Shown: positions 11,075-24,000 of the stretch, piece after piece | Position numbering within the stretch: position 1 is the first letter of the stretch | Layout: each line of letters opens with the position of its first letter | Source: Paraspadella gotoi | Taxonomy: Eukaryota > Animalia > Chaetognatha | Assembly: GCA_051294375.1 (NCBI GenBank) | Contig: CM119267.1 | Span: 4,974,558-5,038,557 of the forward strand | DNA length: 64,000 nt | Reading direction: 5' to 3' | Notes under the pieces: model-generated | Seen by the model: only the letters and a program-made list of their open reading frames with translations | What the model was told of the DNA's origin: nothing | Database searches by the model: none | Position numbers and translations under genes: made by a program

Positions 11075-13959
11075 AAAGGCCGCCTAGTAACGACCGGCGA
11101 AAATGAGTGATTAGAGGAATAGATTGACTGTTAGATGCATGTAGAATTGATTACTTTATGATAGTATCGGATAGTTGATAGAAAAGAACAAACGGTAAAG
11201 TCGCAAGGTCAAGCTAGCAGGGCTGACGAACGCGAAGATGGTAGAGAAGAAAGCCGTGTCAAGTCGTTAACAAAATCAATAAAAAATACGACTGGACCGA
11301 GCCGACGGCAAAAAACTAGGGCATCCTTGTAAAGGCTACATCGGCGCATATCTAATGTTAAACGAGACGAAAAAACTGCATTTTTTTTTAATAATTTATC
11401 CTCCGCAATTTTCAAGGGGGGGCGAGAGATTTAGCAGAGGAGAGAGAGAGCAGAGAGACGATGAGAGGTAGAGAAGAGAGAGAGAGAAGAGAGAAGAGAA
11501 GAGAGGGAGAAGAGAGGAAGAGAGAAATCGAGTTAATTATCTGAGAGATTTGAATATTTTTTCGCGCCGCCTAGTTTGTTTTTGCCTCTTTTTTTTGTCT
11601 CCATTTTTTTAAAAACTTTCTCGGGCACAATTTCGCGAGCCGATGGAGAGCATTGAATGACGGTAAAGTCGAGGGCAGCCGGCTACTGAGGTCGGGCGCT
11701 GGGGAGTCTGCAACAGTCGGCTGGCAGCAGCGCTGGGCGGAGATGTGACTGGTCGACGCCGCTGTCGCGAGGCGTGGTTGATGGATGGACGCCGCGCGGA
11801 TGGAATTGGTTTTTGTGTTTGCCGTGACTTGATAGTAGGATCTGTCATGAATTGTTGCCTTCGCTCGTCGGAAGGTTCGAGTTTGTGCTGTTCGCTCGTG
11901 AAGAGAGTACAGTTGGAAGACTGTCGTCAGATTTTTAAAGAGGAGACTGAAGGTTGTTTGTCGTGATGGGGAAGAGTGGGTTTGCAGGTGTCTTTATTAG
12001 ACGGGAGAGGTTGCCATTGAAGGCAAAAGAAAGTTGGGTTGTCATGTACTTGTTGTTGTCGTCTTTTAAGTGTGTATTGTCGGTGGGCAGTGAGAGACTG
12101 TCTCTTGGGTTAAGTTTAGGTTCGTCTGAGTGCAGAAGGAAGAACGTCTTGTTTGAGTAACGTCGGTGGGTGCCGAAACTCTGAAGCGAAGACGCAAGAA
12201 ATGAGGGCGTAGTCTGACAGCAGCGTGATGAGCGCGGCGTAGGCTACAAAAGTAGCGGCAGAATGCTGTGTGGTTGGTGTGGACAGCAGTTGTTGCTTAA
12301 TAATAATTGCGTTATTGATATCTCTGCTACTTGTTATTTAACAGAGAAATCGTCATATGATGCAATAATAGCATGATTTGTTACTATTTTATCTTTATTG
12401 AATGTACTACTAGATATAACATATATTAGAATGCTGTTATCATTCTCTGCTAGTGGCTTGCAAGTTAATGAAAAAAGTTAAGATATATGTGCATGTGAAT
12501 TGATATATATTAATACTGTCGTTTCGTTGTGTGAAAATTTCCTTCTTACATTCTGATATATAACTTGTATTATTCCTTTATCTCCATCTATCCTCACTAT
12601 TTGCGATTACGGTTAAGTTTTATGGCCTTTTTGTGATCATACATTGGACTGATTGTAAGTATTCTCATGCCATAAGTGTACAGTTGGCTTATATGGTAGC
12701 TTACAGGATTCTGGGCCATTCCGCTCTCAGCCTTAGGCTTGAAGTCAATAAGATGGCATGCTCTAGCTGAAATAGCAATGCTGACTTCTGCGGTTTATTT
12801 TAACGACTGACCCATGAGCTATATAATTCTTTCAATCTAGTTAGCATTGGAAAAGTAGACAAAGAAGAGATTGCTGCGAGGCATTGTTTAATTCTGCGAA
12901 AAGGTTTCTGCATCTCCAGATTTTTACTTTTGCAAAGCTGCAGACGAAAAGTCTAGCCATTGGAGTTAGTGGAGCTGTGCCTGCAACATCGAGAGGCAGT
13001 GGGTGACGGAGTTGATGCATTTGTATATTGAGGCGAGGAGTGACTTACGAGATAACATGTTAGTAAAAAATTAAACAAGTGAAGCAGTATTTCAGCAGGA
13101 AAACATTTGCTATAGATTCACAAAATAAATAGATACAAACTAAGTATGATGTTGACTTTTTGTTCCCCTCGCTCTCATGAAATAGCTAGATGCCTAACGT
13201 AAGCGTGAACGATCTAGCTACAGAGGATAGCTAAGTTGGCACCAAGAGTTTTTATACATTTTTTGTCGTACCAAATTGTCACACGAAAAAGGCTTTTTCT
13301 ACAAATTTTAGTTCAGTAAATTTTTCACTTAAGAAGAAGCATGTCTTACTTATTTTGTAAACGCAGTTAATTTAATTCCTTCCGTTGCTGCGAATGCTAA
13401 TGATTTCCTTTTTTCGTATAAGCATGATAACACTTGATGAAAACGAAAAGCAGGGAAGCGTAGCAAGCAGCTCGTAAGCTAAGCAAGTTAATTTTATTCG
13501 TAGGGCGCGAACGTTGCGAAAGCCAACCACTCGACTCGTTGCCCGGTTTTGCTCTTTTGGCGTAAAAACATTTCGGTCGACGTCAATATGCAAATTGATT
13601 TTTTGACTCGAGAATCGAGAGTAGGGATTCGGGCCGGCTCGAAATTGCCGCGTGCCCTTCGTTATGGTCGTCGTTGAAAGGTGTTTTCAGTCCGTGCGCG
13701 CCAATGATGATAAGGACGACAACGAACAACGGCGACGACGAGCGACGACGACGACGACTAACAAGCGACGGCAGCAACAACAGTAAAAACTCGAATTGCC
13801 AATCTTTGTTGTTGTTGCTGGAACAAGAAGGAAGGAAAGGAGAGCAAAAAGGATAGAGAGAAAAAGAAGAAGGGAAAGAAATGCAGAAATATGAAAGTTG
13901 ATTAGAATAAGTTAAATACAAAAGGAAAATACTTACGAAAGCGACCTGAGAAAGAAAAG

Positions 13960-13960
<1 letters not shown>
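11075..13960 (+). repeat. Third, very noisy copy of ~8545-11010
   Basis: Colinear; a G-insertion-rich segment is followed by a T-insertion-rich one, typical of uncorrected long reads. Confidence 0.85.
12163..13248 (-). mobile_element. Noisy duplicate of the hAT element
   Basis: Right end AGTTGGCACCAAGAG followed by TTTTTATAC; interior colinear with 9418-10351 but with many single-base insertions. Confidence 0.75.
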
Positions 13961-13998
<38 letters not shown>

Positions 13999-14969
13999 AA
14001 GAGAGAGAGGAGAGAGAGAGGAAAGAGAGAAGAAGAGAGGAGAGGAGAGAGAGAGAGAGAGCGAGAGAGAGAGAGAGAGAGGAGAGAGGAGAGAGAGAGA
14101 GATACGATGAGAGAGAGAGAAGNNNNNNNNNNNNNNNNNNNNNNNNNGATAAGTCTCTTATCTTTTTCTGGGAGTCGCCCAACTAATTTGCATTCGGCGA
14201 CAAAATCTGGTTTTGAACCCGAAGAAGGATGGAGAGGAGGAGGAAGAGGAGGAGGAAGAGGAGGAAGACGTTGAGAGAGAAAAGAGGATGTGCGGTCCTA
14301 GTGAAAGAGAGTGTTGATGGAGAGCGAGAACGATGTTGATGGAGAGAGTTAACGATGGCCCCGGAAATAGAATGTTGATGTGCTAAGATGAGACTCGTTT
14401 GATGGAGTGAGGAAAAAGAAAATGATGGTAGAAGTTGACGGTCGACGTCTTAATTGTTAAACTAATCAAGAACTTTTTTTCTTCTTCCCCCCCATGTGTC
14501 CCTCTTTCTTTCTTCCCGTTCTCCCGGAACCCGGAATGGCAAAAAATCTAGGTAAGTGAAAATTGTCACGATAAAGACGGAGCTGAAATATCTGTTGTTT
14601 GATAAATTAATTTTTTTATTCATCTAACTTTTTTCAAAGTACATTTCAGTAGTTTGGATTCAAATTTTGATATAAATTCTTTGTTATTTTTATTTCACTT
14701 CGTTGATGTAAATTTAAACAAGAGAACAGACTGATTTTTCACAACGAATTTTCTCTTGTTTAAAGATAAATTCTATATACTAATGTCATTACAATGAAGA
14801 TACAGCTGATATAGTATCTGTAGTTAGATAAATTACTATTGTTGTCCTAATTTGGTCATTTTAAAGTACATTTCATCCGTTTGGATTCAAATTTTACATT
14901 AAATTTGTTACTTTAATCTAATCTCGACAAAGATGGAGCTGATATTTAACTGTTTTTCTATAAATGACT

Positions 14970-15266
14970 TAATGGTTAACCTGTGGATAAGGCGCTACGT
15001 GGGCTGAAGATGACTGTCCGTAACTTCTATAACCCCCTCTAGCTGCCATGGAACGGGTCCCTGGGCTTGAAACCAGGGTTGAGGGTTTGCCATGCCCCCA
15101 AGGCGGCTTACGGCCGTCCTCAAGCTTCCCGCAGGGTAGGTACCGGGTTGGGATTGAACCCGGTACCTTGTGGTCATGAGCTGATGGCTTTACTCAATGA
15201 GCCACCGAGTCACAACTGAAAGTGTCATAATTCTAGGCGGGGTGAACATAGGCAATGCCCGACTAC
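14970..15266 (-). mobile_element. tRNA-headed SINE-like element with conserved 5' extension
   Basis: Minus strand 15211-15140 has A box TGGCTCATTGAGT, B box GGTTCAATCCC and a Met-like CTCATGA loop. Body shared with 29865-30085 and 32372-32620. Confidence 0.7.
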
Positions 15267-15713
15267 AAACCTAACTTCAAATTTTAAATTAAATTTCATA
15301 CTCCAATCCATTCTTCCCAAAGCCTTTTTTTAAATTTTACTAAAAAATTTTTCGCCTTAAAAAAAAAAAAATCCGACGTTGGATATGAATATGAATTTTT
15401 CCCTCCTTTTTTTTGCATTTTCATTCTTTGATTTGGTTCTTTGACATTTTGGTATTTGGCTTAAAAAGTCTTTCTTGCTGCGATTTATTCAAAAGCGTCA
15501 GTTTCCTCTTTAGTTCTTTGTTTGTCTTTCAAGTCAGAAATAATAATGAAACCATTTATTTTTTTTGCATTTTTTGCATTTTTTGGTGATTTTTTTTNNN
15601 NNNNNNNNNNNNNNNNNNNNNNGTTCTTCCGCGTTAGTCAGGAAATTAAAGGAAAATTGACTTTTTTGAAAAAATTCATCAGGGGAAAACTGAGGGGAGA
15701 GAGAAGGGAGAGG

Positions 15714-15751
<38 letters not shown>

Positions 15752-16165
15752 GAAGAGAGAGAGAGAGAGAGAGAGAGAGGTGAAAAACAAGGAAGTAAAG
15801 AAAAAGAGAAAACGAGAGAATACAATTGTGTCTAAAAGAGTTTCCGCCATGAGGAAGACGAGGATTCATGTTCTTCGGTCTACCTGAGGACCATCAGCGG
15901 CAAACTACACATTTTTATCGGATTTTTTTTTTTCGAGATTGTAAATCAAAGTGCGTAAACAAGAATGTTAAACAAAGACTAGTCTGCCACTGCAAGGGGT
16001 AAAATGTTATGTCTCAAACAGCTGGTAGGAGATTGTTAAGGAAGATAAGATAAGACCGGGAGATTATTGAGCGGCGAAGAGAGAGAGAGCAGAGAGAGAG
16101 AGAGAGAGGAGAGAGAGAGAAGAGAGAGAGAGAGAAGAGAGAGAGATGAGAGTACGCACCGAGTT

Positions 16166-16221
<56 letters not shown>

Positions 16222-16509
16222 GTGTTAAGGCCGGGAAGGGTGTAAGAATTTAAATAAGCCAACTTTCTAAATTTGGCCTGGGGTCAACTCCAGCTCAGAA
16301 AGCGAATGAAAAAAAAGCAGAGAGAGAAGGGAAGAGAGGAGAGAGAGAGGAAAGGAGAGATGATGACGATTCTGGTTCACCTTATTTTTACACACCAAGA
16401 ACGTAGCCTTCAGTCCTCCTTAAACACATCTCTATGAATCTAATTGGCCCATTTTACGTTAAATATTTAAAATTCATAATCTTTTTTATCGAAATCATTT
16501 TAAAATCGT

Positions 16510-17620
16510 CGCAATAAAAAAAAAATCACCAAAAATGCAAAATGCAAATTTAAAATAAAATGGTTCAATTATTATTTCTTCTGACTTGAAAGACCAAACC
16601 AAGAGAACGGAAAGAGGAAACTGACGCTTTTGAATAATCGGGTGCGCCTACAGCGATCGAGATAAGACTTTTTAAGGGCTCGCTTCATTTTTCTACCAAT
16701 TATAATTCGCCCAGTCCCAAAGTATCTCTTTATTATTACACATTTTTCACATAGAATGAAAAATGCATTAATATTAAAAAGGAGGGAAACATGTCATATT
16801 GCACTATATATCCGGGACGCGGGGGGGTTCGCGGCTGGCCGATGTAAGGATCGCTACGCACAGTCGAATGACCGAGGAAACAGGGGATCGACGTTTAAAA
16901 GTGACGGCTGTTGTTTCCCGGATTTCTTTTTTCTGTTTTTAGCGCGGAAATAATTATAAATATTATGATGTAAAATTTAATAAATAGATGTTGGGAAGAA
17001 AAAATTGCGATTGGGCAGTGTGAAATATAACATTGTACATTTGAAGTTAGTGTTTGTTGAAAGTCCGGGCATGTGTAGTACCTAGGTTTGACCACCTCGC
17101 TATAATGAGAAACATTGATCAGCTTTTCAGTTGTGATCTTCCCCGCTTTTTTTTGGTTCTGCTCAATTTGAGTTCACAAGAACCTACTCCATTTTGATGT
17201 CTTGCATGGGATCCACATCATGGTATCCTGGTGTTTGCGAATTCCTCTTGAAGCCTGGTGTTAAACCAAATACCCACTGCGGGAAGGCGTGAGGACTGGC
17301 GTCGTGTGGGGTTCTCTTAGTGCGTCAAACGCGCCTCCAAGGCTCTATTGGTTCAAAAAATCCGACACGGCTCCCCACAGGTGATCCCGTTTTCCATGTT
17401 CTCGCTAGATGGGGGTTATCAGGATGTTTACGGACTAGTCCATTCTCTTCAGCCCACGTAGCGCCTTATCCACATGGTTAACCATTTAGGTCATTTTATA
17501 GAAAAACAGTTATACTTTCGAGCTTCTCATCTTTGTCGAGGATCTTTTAGATTCCAAAAAGTAACGAAATTTTAATGTACAAGAATGTAAATTGAAATTC
17601 CAAACAGGATGAAAGTACTT
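16510..17620 (-). repeat. Noisy inverted copy of ~14860-15597
   Basis: 16510-16680 is the reverse complement of 15460-15597, and 17400-17620 of 14860-15050 (including SINE flank); the middle is scrambled. Confidence 0.7.
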
Positions 17621-17799
17621 TCATTTCCCATTTTATATCAACCAGATTGATCGGTTTCCTTTTGACACATTTTCCCCTTTTTCATCCCTAACTAACCATT
17701 CACTACTTTTAAATGTGACCTATCTTACTTCTTTTCCAACTTTTTTTCCCACATCCTTACCCGCATCCTTTTTTTTACGCATTCCGAGTCGATTTATCT

Positions 17800-19200
17800 C
17801 CGAAACTTTGTTGTGGGCTCCAAGATCTGTGGAATTCGGGAGCGTCTTAAGATGGGGGCCATGACCCCTTCGCTGAATCACCTCACTTGAGTCTCTTCGC
17901 TAGGGGAATCCCATTTCACTCTGTGCCTTAAATCTTTAAACAGCAATTTACAGCAACCATGCAGAGTGTCTTTCTCTACAGCCCCCTGACCTATTCTGGC
18001 TCGTAACATTCCTTCATTTGTATAAAATTCTGCCACCGAGTCCCCTTCTCGCACGCTGTCGAGGTAACATTATACGCGAGAGTTCCTTCAAATGCATCGG
18101 TCACGTTAAAAACAGAGTCGATAAGTCGAGTACCCTGATAAAAACATTCTCCGACTATTTCGGACAAGATATAAATAGTCCGAATTATTTACTCATGACG
18201 GCATGCACTTGTTCGAAAAAAACTACAAGAAATTACAAAACTTCTTCACAAATTGTTCCGACTCTACCCATGTCGGACTTCAGTCCTTGCTAATTTAAAA
18301 CCTTAACCAATTAGTTAGACGCTCTTTAAACAACGATATTATTCAAAATTATCAAATCGACATATTAGTAAACTATATCTGACTACATTCCCACTTTACA
18401 CAATCCAATCACAGAAGTATGTTGCAACGAAAATCAAGAAAATAATTAAACACTTTTATTTTAACAGATTTTAAAGTTATAGTAGTTTACACAAATTAGA
18501 TATTTAATTCGCAGTTTGATTTATCCTGTCAATTTATTTTACATTTAGCTAATTCTTCAAATCCATTATCTTATAGAAAATCAAATTTTCCCTAAACTCC
18601 TTCCGATTGATTCGAAACAAGTTCTACTGAACTCAACGACAATCAGCATGTCGCGGTCTCCACTGGAAGTTTCCTAACCTTATAACTCACAATCCGATTC
18701 GCACTCACAATAGGAAAAAACTGCCTCTTACCTTCTCCTAGTCCTCCACACCTCCCTATCGCCTCTCCTCTTCTCTACCACTCTCAGTCCTAGCTTCATC
18801 ACATATCCGACTCTCCTTTCTCCCTCGACCTAATATATCCTCTTTCCTCCAACGATTTTCATATTTCGTCTCCAATTGCGTCACATGTTTCTCCCCCACC
18901 TTCCCTGATCACTTTCTTTGCTCCATCGTCACACTTCCTCTCCCACACAGCTTTGGAGATTTGAATCCGCCCCTTCTCCTGCACACAGTCGCTCACATCA
19001 ACACAGGTTCCTCCCCCACACCCACCTTCCTCCACATCATGCTTTCAACCTTCAACATTCCCCTTCCCACCCTACTAGCAATCTTTTTTGCCACCCTAGT
19101 ATCTCTCCGGCGACATCGGTCCATCACTCGACGATCTCCTGCCCCACATGAACCCGATTGACTTTTTCCGCAGCCGCACTCACAGGGAAAACGACGGTGG
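17800..19200 (-). mobile_element. Highly degraded CR1/L2-type LINE remnant (ORF1, possibly the start of ORF2 APE)
   Basis: Minus strand RKEDILGRGRKES (~18810-18848) and VIRLGNFQWRPR/MLIVVEF (~18630-18686) resemble the ORF1 motifs RxxNIIIxGxxE and RLGx..RPxxIVxF. Weak APE-like VNYYNFK/SVK at ~18455-18495. Boundaries approximate. Confidence 0.4.
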
Positions 19201-20667
19201 CACAAGATTCTTCACGTACGCAATTCCAGTGATGTCGTTTGCTGTTGGTTCGGCCCATGTCCGGGGAAAAAGGGAAAGAAGACAACGACAACAACTAGTT
19301 GAAGAAGCGACGGGACGGGAACAACGACGGAAAATAAGAAGAACGGAAGCAAAAAGCTGATATGACAAATTGCACCGGATGTAACTCGCGAAATAATGAG
19401 ACGTAACGTACCCGATAGTTGACGACTGTATACGGTTGACGACTAATAATCAAATTTGGAACCCAATCGAGACTAGTGATTAATCAATGGAGAAGACGTG
19501 GATCGCATAATCTACGTTATCTCGTTCCCCAGAGGTGCATTCACGAAATCAGCTATTCTGATTTCCTTGTGCTCGGTATTTCTTGTCTTATTGATCATTT
19601 GAGTGTTGCATTCTTCTGGACGTCCCGGAAAATATTAAAAAAGAATAGATGTCACACGAGAAAATAAGACTAGACACACATCACAAAAAGAAAACAAATT
19701 TACACAGAAAGAAAAGAAAAGAAAAAGAAAGAAAGAAAAAAGCAAGCAACCTCAAGACAGCGAAGCTATAGGATTACTCAAAACTCCCAATGACCTTCCT
19801 CACGGGTTCCAGCGTGGAACAAGTTTAGATGTCGTACTGATCATCTGAGGGAATTAGTCGAACACAGCTAATTTGGCTTTGGTATATTTTAATTTGTGTT
19901 TCTATTCGAAAATAGTTTCTTCCATTAGGGGTTTTCTTTTTCTCTATTATTTCTTACGTTGTTATTCTTTTTCATGTATTCATCCTATTTTAAAAAAAAT
20001 CAAGAAGATCTATTAAGAGGATTTAATAACCAACGAAACAAAAGGAGTTCAGATCTCGTCGCGAAGCTTCTCAGTTCGAATGGATTGTCTCAACCTCCCT
20101 CAGTCACTTCACTTTTGATATTATACGTTCCGACTCTATCATTATTACGTTATACTTTTCCGCCGCTGAGCGTCTGCCTTTCGTCCGCACATGCGAACCG
20201 AAAATTTCAACTGCCCACGACATTGTAGAACCACACAAAACTCCTTCCGTCGAATTTCTGCTACAAATAACTTTTCATTTTCCGAAATTTACCCTTTTGT
20301 GATACCTTGATCGAGTTTAATCTTAGCCGATAAACAACTTCTGATTAATTATAATATCCAACTGACACAATCTTTATTTATATCTGAATTCCGGAGCACA
20401 CTATCTAATATCATCTATAAACCAAAAGCAATTGGCTGAGTATAAATAGTTCTACAAAAGGGAACCAATCTAATCTTGGCTCTTGTCCAATCCGACGGTT
20501 GGTTCGAATGAACAACTAGTGGATCACCGCGCCTTTTGGTGAGCGTCGGATAGAGAAGGGCATAAAGGCTGGTTCGTCACCGGAATCCATTTTACGACTA
20601 TGAATCAAGCATGAAGAATATTAAAACGCTCTGAATTTTAAAAGTTTTTTTTTCCTTTCGTTTACTT

Positions 20668-20964
20668 ACGACACTGAACACGATCCTGCACCTTTACTCC
20701 CACAGCCTTTAGATCGGTCAGGATGGGAACCCTGATGGGAACAACGAATGGGAACGCGGAACCGAAGATCTCACCCCCACATGTGGAGAAGAAAACAAGG
20801 TCGCGAAGATAGGGACTGGAGATTTTAGGAGACCGTTTCTTCATTGGCCAGAGACAATAAAATAGGCAACTTCCACGCTCGCCCGCTGAGCAATAAAAGC
20901 ATCTTAGAAACGTCGGGGGTAAGACATGAAAATGTGAGACGCAGAGGAGGAGAGAGAGAAGAGC

Positions 20965-21004
<40 letters not shown>

Positions 21005-24000
21005 GAAGAGAGAGATGAGAGACGAGAGAGAGAGAGACTTCGCCGCGAACAAACTACATGTTGTGAGTCGTTTTGCGATCGCTCGAGTCGCTCACGTCGT
21101 CCGTCTGCAGAGAAAAGTGCCGCCGAGTAATCCATATTATACACTCCAGCTGAGTCCAGTGAGGCGTCCGGAAGAGAGGGGTAGTTCGCCCTCCTCCCGA
21201 CCGCGCGCTGGTACGTGCATCATCTGCGGGGAGGCATGAGAGCTGAGTAAGGGAGTCGTCGGTATAGACTTCAGAGATGATATATGCAGCCGATCTCACG
21301 CGCTCAGCCGAGGAGATGAGAGATGTCATCCAGAAGGATTCGATATCGTCCTTCAAACTCTCGACGAGCACGTAAAAAAGTGTGCAGCATAGGCAAAATA
21401 GGAAGGAAAAATAAAGAGAGAAGGGAAAGGGGATGTGTTTATGTTTGAGAGGAAGAATAGGAAATGCGAGGGGAGGACACGCCCGTCACGAGAGCTGCCT
21501 CGAGCCAATTAAACTCTCCGTCTTTCTTAGCCTTACGCCCCGTCAAGTCGAATCCTCCTATATCCAGTCGTAATTATTGACGGACCAATAACACGTAGGA
21601 GCGAGCGGCGCGTGCCAGCGATTCTCTGTGTGATCTGTGCATTACCCATGATCTTATCGTGCCCGCTCAGCACAGCGACGCCGCCGCAACTCCAGAACAG
21701 ACGTGTCGCTTCATAAGTTCGAGTCGGGAAAAATGTCTCGACAAAATACGTTAGAGAAATCAGACTTCAGTCAACAATGAGTTGTCTGCGTCAGTGAGGC
21801 TAAGTTTGTTGTAGAGCTTGCCTGGCATTGGCCCCTCAGTAGGCGACGAGAAACCTAATGATATTCGTCCTACCGTCTCTCATTGGCGAACTCTTTGACT
21901 ACAAGTGATATTCTTGTCGTGTGTTTTCTGGCCTCTATGTTCGCTTTTCATCTTCGACTTATACTGATTGGGTCGCTTGAATTTCTGTGTGTTTTTCCGA
22001 GGAACGCGAGGCGACGCGCGGATAATCTGGCGACGTCACCGTGGCGCTCATCTGCTTTGCCTGGGTCGAATTCCGTTCCTCCGCATTGGCGTGGGCTTCC
22101 AGCGGGGTTTATAGCCTTTTTTCGAAATGTCGGCCGGCGACGGCGCTTCTATTTCTCTCTCTGATTCGTGTTCTCTCTGCGCTCGCACATCTCCTCTGGT
22201 CGGTCGGCAGGACGGCGTTTACTTTGCTGCTCGGTCGACACATATGTGCTCCGGCTCTGGTAGACCCTCTCTCTATCTCCCGAAAGTAATCCTCGACCGC
22301 CGATCTTAGGAAGATTATCGATTGCGGACCCACTCAGCTCAATTGTGAACGTATCAACGAGAGCGGCGTAAAAGTATGCGAAGACGTTCGAAACGGCGTC
22401 TTGCGAATTCAAGGCACACCGAAATCACTTGTTCTTCTGGTCTCTTTGAACAACAAGGGCATAGATGTTTACTATGTGTAGTACTAACACGACGTTTTAA
22501 AATATCATAAATGTACATCTCTATTAGATTTTTGATCGTCTTATGCACTTGTCTGCAGAAAAAGAAAAAGTTTTTGGTTGACGGACCGGGACTTGGGCGT
22601 TGTTGAATTAGTGCGTGCTTGAGTTCGTTCGTAGTATTGTATGTCGTTGTTTGTTGTATTCTACGGATTTTATCTTATTGGTATAGTTATTGTTAGATAA
22701 AAAAGGAGTTATCTCTTCTCGTCGGCGTATTTGTGCGTCTCATGTCTTGCGGAGGATGTTCCTCGATTTAAAGTGTGACGTGAGGTGATGAAGACGTGAC
22801 GTCAACTTATTGAACGCTATACTCGTCGTCGGCGCAGTAACGTCGCTATTTTTTCATGGCGTAACTCCCTTTTGTCGCGTGATTTGGTGAACGCGATTCC
22901 GTGACGGGTCGAAGCACTAAATGCGTTGAATATCCGCGCGTTCCGATTCCTGGAATTCGCCAGATACCTGAAATTTATTATTCTTTCCTCTTTTTTTTTA
23001 TTATTCTATTCAATTTTCCCCGCTCGCGCTTTGCCTTCGACGCTCCTTTGATCGACTTTCGGTTCTTAATTCTATCTAAGGGACATGAGAGTTAGCGGCT
23101 TTCTGTGTATCCTTCCTCCTGGTGCTGCCTCATTGGGTCAACAGTTTACCATTGATTCTCAAAATCGACAGGCAGACGATGTTTTTGTTGTTATTAATCC
23201 TATCTGTCTGGAGAAAAAATAATAAAATATCAACATAAAAAAAACGGAAAAGAGAGTAGGAGAGATGAGAGAGAGAGAGAAGAGAGAGACGATGATGAGA
23301 TTGAGATGAAAATGCTTTCCCACTGGAATCGCTTCCGGTGATGTCGGGAAAAAAGAGAAAGACCACCTAGGTAGATCAATAAAAAAGATGAGGAACGAAG
23401 AGAAAAACCCCAAGAGAGGAAAGAAGGGAATTTAATTAACATAAGGGTGAGGCGGCTAAACAGAGGTAGTAACGAGGAGAATCTGCAAAAGATAGACAAA
23501 ACAAAGGAAAAGTCCAAGGGAAAGATCGCCGGGGTTAGATCTTATATCAAAATATAAATAGATAACTAACATAAATATTATATACAAGGACACATGTACG
23601 AGAGCAATTGAAGGAGATGAACATTCTTGATAATATGACAATGTCCGGGGAAGACAAACAAACTCGAAAGCTGCCACGAAATGGGAGTGGACACGAAAGG
23701 AAGAGAATAAAAATAGACAAATGGGATAGTGGTTAGATCTATAAAAATTTGCCGAAAATAAATAGACAAGAATATGAATTGTATTAAAAAAGGGAGAAAG
23801 AGGTGTTTGGTTGGCTGTCGACTACACACACTTAATTCACGCGAGAGATTTACTAAAAAATACTTTATGCATCAAAATACATAGTTGCTTAAATACAGTA
23901 TATATTGAAATTCCTACGAAGCTTTGTTAGTCCGATGACGTATATAGATCCTCTCTTTTTGCTCTTTTATAAACTGCCTTGCCGTTTTTTTTGAACGTTA

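Noticed and set aside
1-13960. Three independent hAT insertions
   Set aside because: All three share the same flanking DNA, so they represent one insertion duplicated, most likely by assembly
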